Source of the DNA: an uncultured Verrucomicrobiae bacterium
GTDB lineage: Bacteria > Verrucomicrobiota > Verrucomicrobiia > Chthoniobacterales > UBA10450
Direction: 5' to 3'
DNA length: 64,000 bases
Assembly (NCBI GenBank): GCA_963735805.1
Contig: CAVTMK010000004.1
Span: 1 to 64,000, forward strand
This document shows, one piece after another, positions 52,239 to 63,148 of the stretch; within the stretch, counting starts at the first letter, position 1, and each line of letters starts with the position of its first letter. A model generated the notes under the pieces. That model saw nothing but the letters and a program-made list of their open reading frames with translations, ran no database searches and had not been told where the DNA came from. A program made the translations under genes and the position numbers.

Positions 52239-53126
52239 ATGAGAATAGAAGGTCATCTCCCGCATACCAGGCGGGCGACCAAGGGCGGCAGCTTGCCCTT
52301 TAATAGCTCGAATGGGAACGGGGCGAAAGCGCCTCGCATTAGAATCGATTTTTCAGCAGCGCCCGTCCAACGGGTGCCTGGTTGGAAATCGGCCCTCGAC
52401 ATGACGTGCATTCTGCTTGCGCTGCCGATTTGGTTGCCGCTGATGATCTTGCTCATGATAGTAACGCGGCTCGCTTCGCCAGGACCAATTTTCTACCGAC
52501 AACAACGTGTCGGGCTTGGGGGAAGACGTTTTTCTATATGGAAGTTTCGGACAATGAAGGTGAGTGCGGAGACACAACCCCATGAGCACTATTTCCATGA
52601 ATTGATGAAGGGTGATTGTCCAATGACGAAGTTGGACGCTTATGGCGATCCACGCCTCGCCCCTTGTGGCCGATTTCTACGTGCGAGCGGCCTGGATGAG
52701 TTGCCTCAAATCTTCAACGTGCTTTGCGGTGAGATGAGTCTGGTCGGTCCGCGGCCATGCACGCCAAATGAATTTGCCCACTATGAGCCATGGCAACGCG
52801 AACGCGTAAACGGTCTGCCCGGCTTGACCGGATACTGGCAGGTAAACGGAAAGAACAAGACGACGTTCAACGAGATGATCGTGATGGATCTGTTCTATGT
52901 AAGGAACCTATCGCTCCTCCTGGACCTGAAAATCTTGTTCAAGACCTGCACTGTTGTCGCTGGGCAACTGCTCGAATCGAGACTGCCGGCACAACCCAAT
53001 CGACAAGACAGCACTCCCTACGCACCGGGACCGATTCTACAAACGTTCGTAGACTCGGCTCGAAAAAGTGCGCGCTCACCCAGCGCGATCTTGCACCGTC
53101 TCGCAGAATCCAGTCCCAAATCATGA
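52239..53126 (+). CDS. Priming polyprenyl-phosphate sugar transferase (Bac_transf family)
   Basis: KFRTM, DPR, LDELPQIFNVLCGEMSLVGPRP, PGLTGYWQV; GGAGG RBS before ATG 52239. Confidence 0.92.
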   Translation: MRIEGHLPHTRRATKGGSLPFNSSNGNGAKAPRIRIDFSAAPVQRVPGWKSALDMTCILLALPIWLPLMILLMIVTRLASPGPIFYRQQRVGLGGRRFSIWKFRTMKVSAETQPHEHYFHELMKGDCPMTKLDAYGDPRLAPCGRFLRASGLDELPQIFNVLCGEMSLVGPRPCTPNEFAHYEPWQRERVNGLPGLTGYWQVNGKNKTTFNEMIVMDLFYVRNLSLLLDLKILFKTCTVVAGQLLESRLPAQPNRQDSTPYAPGPILQTFVDSARKSARSPSAILHRLAESSPKS

Positions 53127-54217
53127 AGAAGCAAATCACAGTCGGCATAATCGGATGCGGTTATTGGGGACCTCTTCTGGTTCGCAACTTCAAGAGTCTT
53201 ACGGACTGCCAACTCAAGGTTGTGTGCGATCTCAATCTCGAGCGCCTAAAACATGTCCGTGCGTTGTATCCGGACATCGAAGGCATGACAGACACGCAGC
53301 AGCTTCTCAACGATACAAGCGTGGACGCCGTGGTCATTGCTACCCCGGTCAAGCATCATTACTCCTTGGCCAAGGCAGCCCTGCTGGCCGGCAAGCATAC
53401 GTTCATCGAAAAACCAATGGCTTCCTCTTCCGCCGAGTGCGAGGAACTGATCGAAATCGCAGAACGCAAGGGGCTGGTTTTAATGATCGATCACACTTTT
53501 CTCTACTCTTCGCCAGTGCAGAAAATTGCCCAGATCGTTCAAGCTGGAGACTTGGGCGAAATACGCTACATCAATTGCCGCCGCCTTAACCTGGGATTAT
53601 TCCAAAAGGACATCAATGTCGCATGGGATCTGGCACCGCATGATATCTCGATCATTCTCCACATTTTGGATGAATTTCCGACTACGATTAACTGCCAGGG
53701 AAACGCTCATATCACGCCCGGGGTAGAGGACGTGACAAACATGTCGCTGTCCTTCTCGCGCAAACGCTTCGCAACTATCCAAAGCAGCTGGCTCGAGCCA
53801 CGTAAAATTCGCGAAATGACCATCGTCGGCACGCGACGCATGATCGTCTATGACGATTTGCGGACACGCGAAAAAATCCGCATTTACGATGCACGTGTAG
53901 AGCGTCCGCCGCACTACGACACGTTCGCTGAGTTTCAATACTCGTATCACTACGGGGACAGTTACATCCCATACCTCCATCAGGAGGAGCCGCTAAAGCT
54001 GGCCTGTCAGCATTTTGTAGATTGTATTAGAACGAGTTCTCAGCCGCTAACGGATGGCCGTCGGGGGTTGGAAATGGTCAGAATCCTTGAGGCGGCCAGC
54101 GCTTCCCTCAAGAAAAACGGCGCGCCCGTGGCCCTTTCACAGCACAATGGTACAGCGCCGGTTGTTGCCCCAGTCAAACCCGAAGAGATCCTTCAGGTTG
54201 AAGCGTTCGCTGGATGA
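53123..54217 (+). CDS. Gfo/Idh/MocA oxidoreductase
   Basis: GIIGCGYWG, IEKP, WDLAPHD; ATG overlaps the upstream stop. Confidence 0.92.
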   Translation: MKKQITVGIIGCGYWGPLLVRNFKSLTDCQLKVVCDLNLERLKHVRALYPDIEGMTDTQQLLNDTSVDAVVIATPVKHHYSLAKAALLAGKHTFIEKPMASSSAECEELIEIAERKGLVLMIDHTFLYSSPVQKIAQIVQAGDLGEIRYINCRRLNLGLFQKDINVAWDLAPHDISIILHILDEFPTTINCQGNAHITPGVEDVTNMSLSFSRKRFATIQSSWLEPRKIREMTIVGTRRMIVYDDLRTREKIRIYDARVERPPHYDTFAEFQYSYHYGDSYIPYLHQEEPLKLACQHFVDCIRTSSQPLTDGRRGLEMVRILEAASASLKKNGAPVALSQHNGTAPVVAPVKPEEILQVEAFAG

Positions 54218-54306
54218 GTCGCGCGCGCCAGCGCTTACTCAAACAGGTAGCGCGGGAAGCTTAGCGCATTCCTCCACAAATTCACTCTACTAACCTAAGC
54301 CATAAC

Positions 54307-55426
54307 ATGAAAGTACCCTTCCTCGATTTGAAGGCGCATCACGCTCCTTTAATTGAAAAGTTCGATCGCGCTATTCGCGAAGTGATCGAGAACAGTGCGT
54401 TTGCGGGCGGACCGTCCGTGGAAAAGTTTGAAGAAGAATTCGCTTCATTCTGCGGCTCTTCACACGCAATCGGCGTTGGCAATGGCACCGACGCGCTTTG
54501 GCTTGCTCTTCTGGCGCTCGGAATTGGTGAAGGCGATGAAGTAATTACGGTTCCAAACACATTTATCGCCACGGCCGAAGCGATTACATATTGCAAGGCT
54601 CGACCAGTGTTTGTGGATGTGGACCAAAACACATTCACGATGAACCCCGCGGAGCTTCAGAAGAGTCTGACGGAGAAAACCAAAGCGATCATTCCGGTTC
54701 ACCTTTTCGGCCAACCGGCCGACATGGACCCGATTTTGAAATTTGCGCGCGAGAACGGCCTCTTCGTGATTGAAGATGCCGCTCAGGCTCACGGCGCCGA
54801 GTACAAAGGCCGAAAAGCAGGCACGATGGGCGATGCAGGGTGCTTCAGTTTTTATCCCGGAAAAAATCTTGGTGCCTTTGGCGAGGCTGGCGCAGTCGTG
54901 ACGAACGACCCTGAGCTACGGAAACAAATCCAAATGCTTCGAGATCACGGTCAGTCACAAAAATATTACCACGCCCTGATGGGATGGAACTGCCGGATGG
55001 ACGGCATTCAGGGTGCAGTTTTGTCTATCAAATTGCGTCACCTTGACGAAGCAAATTCCCTACGGCGCAAACATGCCCTGGAATACAATCAGGCTCTTGC
55101 TGGAATCGACGGAATTCTTACACCGTTCGAGGCGAGTTACGCCAGGCACGTTTATCACGTCTACGCCATTCGGGTGCAGGAACGCGACGCAGTCATGCGA
55201 CAACTCCAAGAAAAAGGAGTCGGCTGTGCTGTGCATTATCCCGGTTCCGGTTCATCTCCAGAAGGCGTGCCAAAACCTGGGCTACACGAAAGGCGCGTTC
55301 CCCGTTTCGGAGAATCTAGCCAACGAATTTGTTTCATTGCCCATGTTTCCGGAGCTGACGAAGAAACAGATCGAATATGTCGCTAGCTGCGTTAGCGAAG
55401 TTGTTGGAGCGGAAGCATACGTCTAG
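54307..55426 (+). CDS. DegT/DnrJ/EryC1/StrS aminotransferase; one apparent frameshift at ~55241
   Basis: NGTDAL, EDAAQAHGA, SFYPGKNLGAFGEAG; C-terminus PVHLQ...SLPMFPEL in another frame. Confidence 0.9.
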
Positions 55427-55437
55427 GAAGAGGCTTT

Positions 55438-56568
55438 TTGAAAACTCTCCAAGCAATTAGGTCACAATCCGTGGAAGCGGTGCCGTTTTCTGGCGACAAT
55501 TCTTTGGTAGGGCCGAAAACGAGCGAGGAATCGCTTCAAATGTGGATTATCAATCCCATCCACAATCCGGGTTGGGACCTTGTGGTCGCCTTGCATCGCG
55601 ACGCCGGTTGCTTCCATACCAGTGCCTGGGCAAAGGTGCTTCATCAGACTTACAACCATCAGCCTTTTTACCTTCAGTTTTCGCGCGGACGGAGGTTGGC
55701 TGCGCTGATTACCGTTGATGGAAGTGCGCAGTGCATTCACCGGTCGACGCGGCGTGTGTCTCCCGTTCAGCGATTCATGTGAGCCGCTCATCTTCGATCC
55801 AGAAGTGGCCCACGTAGTGAAAGATCGAGTCATGCGCTTCGCGGTGGAACGCCGCTGGAAACACCTGGAAATCCGCGGGGGCAAATTGTTTCAGTCCGAA
55901 AGCGCTCCAGTCGCGAAATTTTACGGACATACGCTCGATCTACGCCTTCGCGCTGAGGAGTTGGCGGATCGCTTCAGCAGTCCTGTTCGCCGGGCTATTC
56001 GCAAAGCCCAACGCAACGATGTGGGCGCACTCGTTGTCCGCAATCGGCAAGGCCATCGACGATTTTTATCGGCTTCACGCCCAAACTCGCCGGCGTCACG
56101 GTCTCCCTCCGCAGCCGGTCTCCTTTTTTCTGAACATTTACGAGCACATCATCAAACCTGGTCTCGGCTTTGTCGTTCTCGCACAGCGAGGATCGCGCCC
56201 AATTGCCGGTGCGATTTTCTTCCGTTTTGGAAAGAACGGTGTATATAAATACGGCGCCTCTGACAAGCGGTTTCAGGAATTTCGCGCGAATAATCTTGTC
56301 ATGTGGCAAGGCATTCAGTTTTTGGCGCAAACAGGTGTCGAAAAATTACACTTCGGTCGCACCGAGCAGTGAAAACGACGGTCTGCGACGATTCAAGCTT
56401 GCATGGGACACCAAGGAAGAAACAATTGATTACTTTCGAGTTGATCCGTCGGGTCAGTGTTTACCTCAGCCCCGCCGCGATTCCGCATTCCACAAACACA
56501 TTTTCGGCAGGATGCCGCTGGTCTTCAACCGGCTGGCTGGCTCAATCCTCTATCCACATCTCGACTAA
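55438..56568 (+). CDS. FemAB-like / GNAT acyltransferase, split over four frames (indels ~55715, ~56045, ~56370)
   Basis: FHTSAW, LPFSD, RRAIRKA, YKYGASD, ANNLVMW, HFGRT, GLRRFK..W. Confidence 0.78.
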
Positions 56569-56579
56569 AGGCTAAAACT

Positions 56580-58603
56580 ATGGCTGAAATCCGACGCGAA
56601 ATCCCACCCCCAACCGGTTTGAAAATTGGCGATATTCTTTTCGCTCTCTTTAAACGCAAGCGAACAATCATCGTGTGCGCAACAGTCGGTATTATTGCCG
56701 CTGCCGCGGTCTATCTGCTTTATCCACCTTCTTACGAATCGCAGGCCAAGTTGTTGGTGCGCTATGTCCTGGAAAGGAGCGGTATTGACCCGGTTGAAGC
56801 AGAGAAAGCCGGTGCTGCAGCGAACGCCGAAGCGGATAGAGTAATCGGTGCTGAAATCGAGATTCTGACCAGTTGGGATTTGGCAGTGCAAGTTGCCCAG
56901 GCACTGGGTCCCCAAAGGGTGCTGCCACCACCCCAGGATCTGATTTACCCACATCGTTCAGGCGATCGGTCTGAAACGACTATTGCCGCCCTCTGGAGCA
57001 TCGGCAACGGAAGCCGAAGCGGCCAGCAGCATCGTTTCGGGTTGAAGGTAATTTCGAGCAAAGGAAGCAACATCATTCTAGTTTCCTATAAGAATCGTAA
57101 TCCTGAGATCGCGACGCTCGTTTTGCAGGAATTGTTGAGTCGTTATTTCGTCAAGCACCTGGAAGTGCACCGCTCTGCGGGCGCCTTCGATTTTGTGGCT
57201 CAACAAACCGATCAGGTCCGCGCGCACTTAACTCAAACGGAGGACGCCCTGAAGTCGTTAAAGGAGAAGACAGGAATTGCATCGCTCAAAGAAGGTGCGG
57301 CGGCCCTTACCACCGAGGCGGCAAAGACGCAGGAACAACTTAATGCCGCTGAGGCGGACCTGGCCGAACAAAAAGCCCTCGCTAATCAGATCGTAGAAAA
57401 AAAGACAAAAGCGTGGGGAACAAAGAACTCGTCACCTGAAAACAGCCCGCGGTCTGTAAAGGTCAAGATCGCTGGCACCCAGGCAAAAGTCGAGGCGCTG
57501 AAGGCTCGGCTTCAGCGATATTCAGCAGAGAACGAAGCAAGCTTTCAGAACTAGGTCCGCAAATTGAAGACTTGGAACGGAAACGAGAGATGGACGAGGC
57601 GAATTACAAGTATTTCGCGGCATCGCTCGAAAAGGCTCGGATCGACGAGGCTTTGGACCCCAGCAAAATGCCGAACATTAGCGCGGTTCAGCGGCCCTCT
57701 CCTCCCGGCCTCGAGACTAAGAAACGCGATAAAATTGTGCTTGCGTTGGCTGGTGGGGGGCTCGTCCTGGGCATCGCTCTCGCGCTGCTACGTGGCTTGG
57801 TTTTGAACCAAACCGTTAGCCGACCGCTCCAGCTGGAAACGCAGTTACACATTCCGCTGATGCTCTCGATCCCCTATAGGAACGGTCACTTCTCTTTGCC
57901 CCGTAATGGTTCACCGGTGAATTCGGAAGCCCTTACGACGGGACGGCGTCACGCCAAATTGGCTCCGTGGGACGCCGACCATTTCATCCGGCCGTACTGC
58001 GACGCGATTCGGGATCGCCTCGGTCTTTATTTCGAGCTTAATCACTTGACGCATAAACCGAAGCTGGTTGGCGTTACCAGCGTTTCCGAGGAAGGGGGAG
58101 CTTCCACGCTTGCTGCTGGACTCGCTGCGTCACTTTCAGAAACAAACGACGGCAAGGTGCTCCTCGTCGATGTAAACCTGGGACCGGAGGAGGTGCATCC
58201 GTTTTTCAAGGGTAAACCTGCCTATCCCTTGAACAAGGCTCTTAAGCCATCGGACACCATCGACTCGGCTGCAGACAATCTCTATCTCGCTACTGTGGGA
58301 TCGTCCAATAGCGGCGGTCCGGCGCAACTCGGGTTGAAAAAATTCTTCGACATGATGCCGAACATGAAGGCGAGCGACTTCGACTACATTATTTTTGATA
58401 TGCCCCCGCTGGATCAAACGAGTCCTACGTGGGGAATGGCTGCTTTCATGGACAGGCTTTTGGTCGTGGTCGAGGCAGAGAAGAACAGCCGCGAGGTCAT
58501 TAAGCGCAGCTACGGGAAGCTGATCGCTGAGCGAAAAAACGTCGCAGTCGTGGTAAACAAGTCGCGTTCCTATGTCCCAAAGTGGCTTGATTCTGAGTCT
58601 TAA
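56580..58603 (+). CDS. Polysaccharide co-polymerase / chain length regulator (Wzz-Wzc/GumC-like), several apparent frameshifts
   Basis: N-terminal TM + YESQAKLLV, coiled coil, second TM, ParA-like tail (VLLVD, FDYIIFDMPP). Confidence 0.82.
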
Positions 58604-58846
58604 TCAGCCGCATTTCCTAATGGTGGAACCGCGGTTATAATGTCTGCGATAATTAGCCTGCGACCGCTCTGGGATTATTGATATCCTGAGGATGCTCTTC
58701 GTCTTGTTATTTTTGCTCATAGTCCTGTTCGCGCTTCCACTACACCGGGTTGAAGATCGGAAGCAGGCAGGACATACAAAAGCTTTCAACACGCCTTTGG
58801 GTGGCCCTAAGAACCTTCACCGCGAGCGATGAACCAGCGATAACGC

Positions 58847-59821
58847 ATGTTACGCAATCGAATTTACTACGGGCTAAAGCCTTTCGTTCCACAATTTCTT
58901 CGAACGGCGATTCGACGAAAACTGGCAATGCGATTACGCAAGCGCAACCGGGATGTTTGGCCGATTATGCCCGGATCGGAACGAGCACCGGAAAACTGGC
59001 CCGGCTGGCCGGAGGGCAAAAAATTTGCGCTTGTTCTGACCCACGACGTCGAGAGCAAAAGAGGCCTGAGCAGGTGCCGATCCTTAATGCAACTGGAATC
59101 GGACCTTGGATTCCGTTCTTCCTTTAATTTTATCCCTGAGGGCAGTTACCGAGTTCCTGCAGAATTAAGGGAGGAACTCACTGCCAGCGGGTTCGAGGTT
59201 GGGATACATGATCTTAAACACGATGGCCATCTGTTTTCCTCTCGGCGCAAGTTCAAGCGGCGTGCCGCGAAGATCAACAGTTATGCGCGTGAGTGGGGCG
59301 CCTCAGGATTCAGATCAGGGTTCATGTTGCGTCATCTCGACTGGTTGCACGATCTCAATGTCCAGTACGATGCATCTACCTTTGATACGGATCCATTTGA
59401 ACCGCAGCCCGACGGCCGTCACACCATCTTCCCATTCTGGGTGCCACATCCAAACGGCAGCTCCATCAAACCTGAACGATCGGTCATCAACCGTTCTTCA
59501 AGAGGTTACGTCGAGGTCCCTTATACGCTTCCTCAGGACTTCACACTTTTCGTACTGTTACAAGAGAAGACGCCGGAAATCTGGCTGCGAAAACTCGATT
59601 GGATTGCCCAACACGGCGGAATGGCGCTGGTTGATGTCCATCCTGATTACTTGTGCTTTGATGACGCAGTCGGACCGACGGAGTATCCGGTCACCCATTA
59701 CAAATCATTTCTGGATTACGTGAGTCGCCAGTATAAGGGGGCCTTTTGGAACGCGACGCCGAGCAAAGTGGCGCAGTTTTGCGCTGGTATCGCGAAGGCT
59801 CCAACCTCAAGCCAGGGCTAG
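58847..59821 (+). CDS. Polysaccharide deacetylase-like protein
   Basis: [32 protein letters not shown]. Confidence 0.78.
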   Translation: MLRNRIYYGLKPFVPQFLRTAIRRKLAMRLRKRNRDVWPIMPGSERAPENWPGWPEGKKFALVLTHDVESKRGLSRCRSLMQLESDLGFRSSFNFIPEGSYRVPAELREELTASGFEVGIHDLKHDGHLFSSRRKFKRRAAKINSYAREWGASGFRSGFMLRHLDWLHDLNVQYDASTFDTDPFEPQPDGRHTIFPFWVPHPNGSSIKPERSVINRSSRGYVEVPYTLPQDFTLFVLLQEKTPEIWLRKLDWIAQHGGMALVDVHPDYLCFDDAVGPTEYPVTHYKSFLDYVSRQYKGAFWNATPSKVAQFCAGIAKAPTSSQG

Positions 59822-59843
59822 CCCTGTCAAAACAACTTTTTTT

Positions 59844-61151
59844 ATGGATGTCACAGTATTTGGAATGGGATATGTGGGATGTGTAACGGCGGCATGCCTG
59901 GCTGAGATGGGCCACTCCGTGACTGGCGTAGACTTACAAGAAGTTAAGGTCTCTCTCATTAACTCCGGAAAAAGCCCGATTATCGAACCGGATCTGGAAG
60001 AATTGATTCGGCGCGGGGTCGCCGCGAAACGCCTGCACGCTACTCCGCGCGCGCAGAGCCTCGGTGACGTTTCCCTGGTTTGTGTTGGGACACCGAGTAA
60101 CGACAACGGCAGTCTAGGTCTTGCCCAGCTTAAAAGGGTGGTGAGCGAGATCGGCCGGTTGCTGCGAAAAACCGACAGTTACCACGTCGTAGTCCTCCGA
60201 AGCACCGTTTTGCCGGGAACGGTGAACGATGTGGTGCGTCCCTTGCTGGAAGAAGAATCTGGTAAAAAGGATGGAAAGGACTTCGGTATCTGCATGAATC
60301 CCGAGTTCATGCGCGAAACGACGGCTATTCATGATTTTCATAATCCCGCGTTTACGATCATCGGAACCAATGACGATCGTGCTGCTGAACGAGTTGCCAC
60401 TCTTTATTCCAGCTTAAAAGCCCCGATAGAGCGTACGCCCCTTTCAGTAGCTGAGTTGATCAAGTACGCCTCTAACGCATTTCACGCCGTTAAAGTGTGT
60501 TTCGCGAATGAGATCGGAAATCTCTGCAAGGCGATGGGCACTGATAGCCACAAAGTAATGGAGATTTTTTGCAAAGATACAAAGCTGAACATCTCTCCCT
60601 ATTACCTTAAACCCGGGTTTGCTTTTGGCGGCTCGTGTCTGCCAAAGGACATTCGCGCTATTCTTTACAAGGCGAAGCAATTGGACCTGGAAATGCCGGT
60701 GCTAGGTGCCGTGCTCGAAACGAATCGCAAGCAGATCGAGCTAGCCTTCAATTTAATCCGCCACACGGGCAAAAACCGTGTCGGTGTATTGGGCCTCAGT
60801 TTCAAGGGCGGCTCCGACGATCTCCGTGAAAGTCCGATTGTTGGATTGATCGAAACCTTGATCGGCAAAGGATATAAATTGAGTATCTACGACGAGGAAG
60901 TTGCTTTAGCGAGACTTGTAGGTGCGAACAAGCAATACATCGAACAAGCAATACCGCACATTTCATCGTTGATGGTTTCTACTGCGAAGGAAGCCATAGA
61001 AGCCAGTGACGTGGTAGTCGTTGGTAAGAATAATTCGAACATTCAGGAAGCTGTAACCAATAATGGCGATTCAAAGCTGATTATCGATTTAATTCGGTTA
61101 CCACGAGAAACCGTGAAGGCTTCTCCCAATTATCAAGGCATCTGCTGGTAG
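59844..61151 (+). CDS. Nucleotide-sugar 6-dehydrogenase (UDP-glucose/GDP-mannose family, AlgD-like)
   Basis: [32 protein letters not shown]. Confidence 0.93.
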   Translation: MDVTVFGMGYVGCVTAACLAEMGHSVTGVDLQEVKVSLINSGKSPIIEPDLEELIRRGVAAKRLHATPRAQSLGDVSLVCVGTPSNDNGSLGLAQLKRVVSEIGRLLRKTDSYHVVVLRSTVLPGTVNDVVRPLLEEESGKKDGKDFGICMNPEFMRETTAIHDFHNPAFTIIGTNDDRAAERVATLYSSLKAPIERTPLSVAELIKYASNAFHAVKVCFANEIGNLCKAMGTDSHKVMEIFCKDTKLNISPYYLKPGFAFGGSCLPKDIRAILYKAKQLDLEMPVLGAVLETNRKQIELAFNLIRHTGKNRVGVLGLSFKGGSDDLRESPIVGLIETLIGKGYKLSIYDEEVALARLVGANKQYIEQAIPHISSLMVSTAKEAIEASDVVVVGKNNSNIQEAVTNNGDSKLIIDLIRLPRETVKASPNYQGICW

Positions 61152-61177
61152 AACTGCTACAACACAGTCCCATCATA

Positions 61178-62476
61178 ATGCGATCTCCAATCAAAACCCT
61201 GATGTGGGTTGAGAACCATTTTCCACAGGACACTCGTGTCAGGAACGAGGCGGCTTTACTCACTGACGCAGGTTACCAGGTCTCGGTCATCGCGCTTCGG
61301 AAACCGGGCCAGCTGGGACGTGAGACCTTGGACGGCGTGGAAGTTTACCGCGTGCCAACGCTGGAACTGTTTAAAAAGACTCCATCCGCAAAGGTTAACC
61401 GACTCAACCTGGCTCTTGTTAAGCTGAAATCCTTTCTTGGTTATGTTGTTGAATACTGTTACTTCACGTCAGCCTGTCTCATAGTTAGCGCTTACATTCT
61501 TGTGACGCGCGGCTTCGACGTAATGCACGCTCACAATCCTCCCGATACCCTCTTTTTAGCGGCTTTGCCTTTCAAACTGCTCGGAAAGAAATTTGTCTTC
61601 GATGAGCATGATCTCTGCCCGGAGCTTTACCGTTCCCGTTATGGCGCCGCAGAAGGATTTTACACTCGGTTGCTAGGAATGTTTGAATGGTGCAGTCTGA
61701 AACTCGCCGATATCACGATTGCCACAAACGAATCGTATAAACAGATACAAGTCGAACGCGCGAACAAGGATCCCCGCGATGTCTTCATCGTAAGAAATGG
61801 TCCGAACCGGATGCGGATGACGCCGGCCGCACCCAGCGTCCGTTTGAAAGCGATGAACAAGTCCATCCTATGCTACATCGGCAGCCTAAATCCACAGGAC
61901 GGTGTTGATTATCTACTTAGGTCGTTGCGGCACTTGCTCCATGGCTTGAAGCGTTCGGATTTTTATTGCGTCATAATGGGTAGCGGGGACTCTCTGCAAG
62001 ATTTGCGCGATCTGGCTGGAAACCTGCAACTTAACGGGTGCGTTGAACTAACCGGCTTCGTCTCCGATGAAGAATTGCAAGCTAACCTTGCGGCTGCCGA
62101 TATTTGCGTGGATCCCGATCCGTCCAGCCCGTTAAACGACGTGTCTACTTGGATCAAGGTGATGGAATATATGGCCTCTGCAAAGCCGATCGTGTCCTTC
62201 GACTTGAAGGAAACGCGCTTTTCTGCAAGGGACGCTGCGATGTATGTTGAACCAAACAACGAAACTCGATTCGCGGAAGCGATCGCCGAACTTATGGACC
62301 AGCCCGCACTTCAAGAGAGAATGGGAACCTACGGCCGCCGCCGCGTCACGGAGGAACTGCAATGGGCGAAGGTCGGCCAAAACCTTGTGACCGCGTATGA
62401 AACGCTCCTCAAGCGGGAATTAAAAACGTCCTCTGAAACGCATCGCGGGAAGAAATTCACAGAGATCAGCTCGTAG
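61178..62476 (+). CDS. Glycosyltransferase family 4
   Basis: DTRVRNEA, HAHNPPD, KVMEYMASAKP. Confidence 0.9.
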   Translation: MRSPIKTLMWVENHFPQDTRVRNEAALLTDAGYQVSVIALRKPGQLGRETLDGVEVYRVPTLELFKKTPSAKVNRLNLALVKLKSFLGYVVEYCYFTSACLIVSAYILVTRGFDVMHAHNPPDTLFLAALPFKLLGKKFVFDEHDLCPELYRSRYGAAEGFYTRLLGMFEWCSLKLADITIATNESYKQIQVERANKDPRDVFIVRNGPNRMRMTPAAPSVRLKAMNKSILCYIGSLNPQDGVDYLLRSLRHLLHGLKRSDFYCVIMGSGDSLQDLRDLAGNLQLNGCVELTGFVSDEELQANLAAADICVDPDPSSPLNDVSTWIKVMEYMASAKPIVSFDLKETRFSARDAAMYVEPNNETRFAEAIAELMDQPALQERMGTYGRRRVTEELQWAKVGQNLVTAYETLLKRELKTSSETHRGKKFTEISS

Positions 62477-62516
62477 CTGTCTTTGCCCTTTCCGGATAAA
62501 CCGTCCTTATCTATTC

Positions 62517-63119
62517 TTGACTACCCAGGTTCCTTCAACTCAGGCACCAAACGAGATCTTTGTGACAAAACCCGAAATCCGGCATGCAGGGATTGCCGAT
62601 GTAACGTTTGGTAAAACCGTCACCGTGGTGCAACCGGTCAATCTCTATGGATGCACGATTGGAGATGGCAGCTTCATCGGCCCATTCGTAGAGATACAAA
62701 AGGGAGTAACCATCGGGAAGCGATGCAGGATTCAATCGCACTCATTCATTTGTGAGCTCGTAACGATCGGAGACGAATGCTTCATCTCTCATGGCGCCAT
62801 GTTCATCAACGATCTGTTTGTCACTGGGGGCCCTGACGCAAATCCGGGCTCCTGGCGAGCAACAAGACTTGGCAATCGTGTAAGCGTTGGAACAAATGCC
62901 ACCATTCTTCCGGTCACGATCTGCGATCAAGTCGTCATTGGCGCCGGCGCGGTTGTTACCAAGGACATCACCGAGCCGGGGATTTACGTTGGCAACCCGG
63001 CGCGCTTGTTGCGCGCCTTGAAAACTCCAGCGACCAGATCTGAAGATCGGAGGATAGTTTTCCACATTCCAGGCACTGCTGATCCCTGGAAAATAAAAGC
63101 GTTCCCTTCTTCAATTTGA
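62517..63119 (+). CDS. Hexapeptide-repeat acyltransferase (WbpD-like)
   Basis: GPFVEIQKG, IQSHSFIC, IGAGAVVTKD, GNPAR. Confidence 0.88.
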   Translation: MTTQVPSTQAPNEIFVTKPEIRHAGIADVTFGKTVTVVQPVNLYGCTIGDGSFIGPFVEIQKGVTIGKRCRIQSHSFICELVTIGDECFISHGAMFINDLFVTGGPDANPGSWRATRLGNRVSVGTNATILPVTICDQVVIGAGAVVTKDITEPGIYVGNPARLLRALKTPATRSEDRRIVFHIPGTADPWKIKAFPSSI

Positions 63120-63148
63120 TCGTTGTAACCGCTTACCGCACCTAAGAC

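Noticed and set aside
59455..59505. Possible short-repeat-derived insertion in the deacetylase ([16 protein letters not shown])
   Set aside because: Only two CATCAA-like units; too degenerate to support without ortholog alignment
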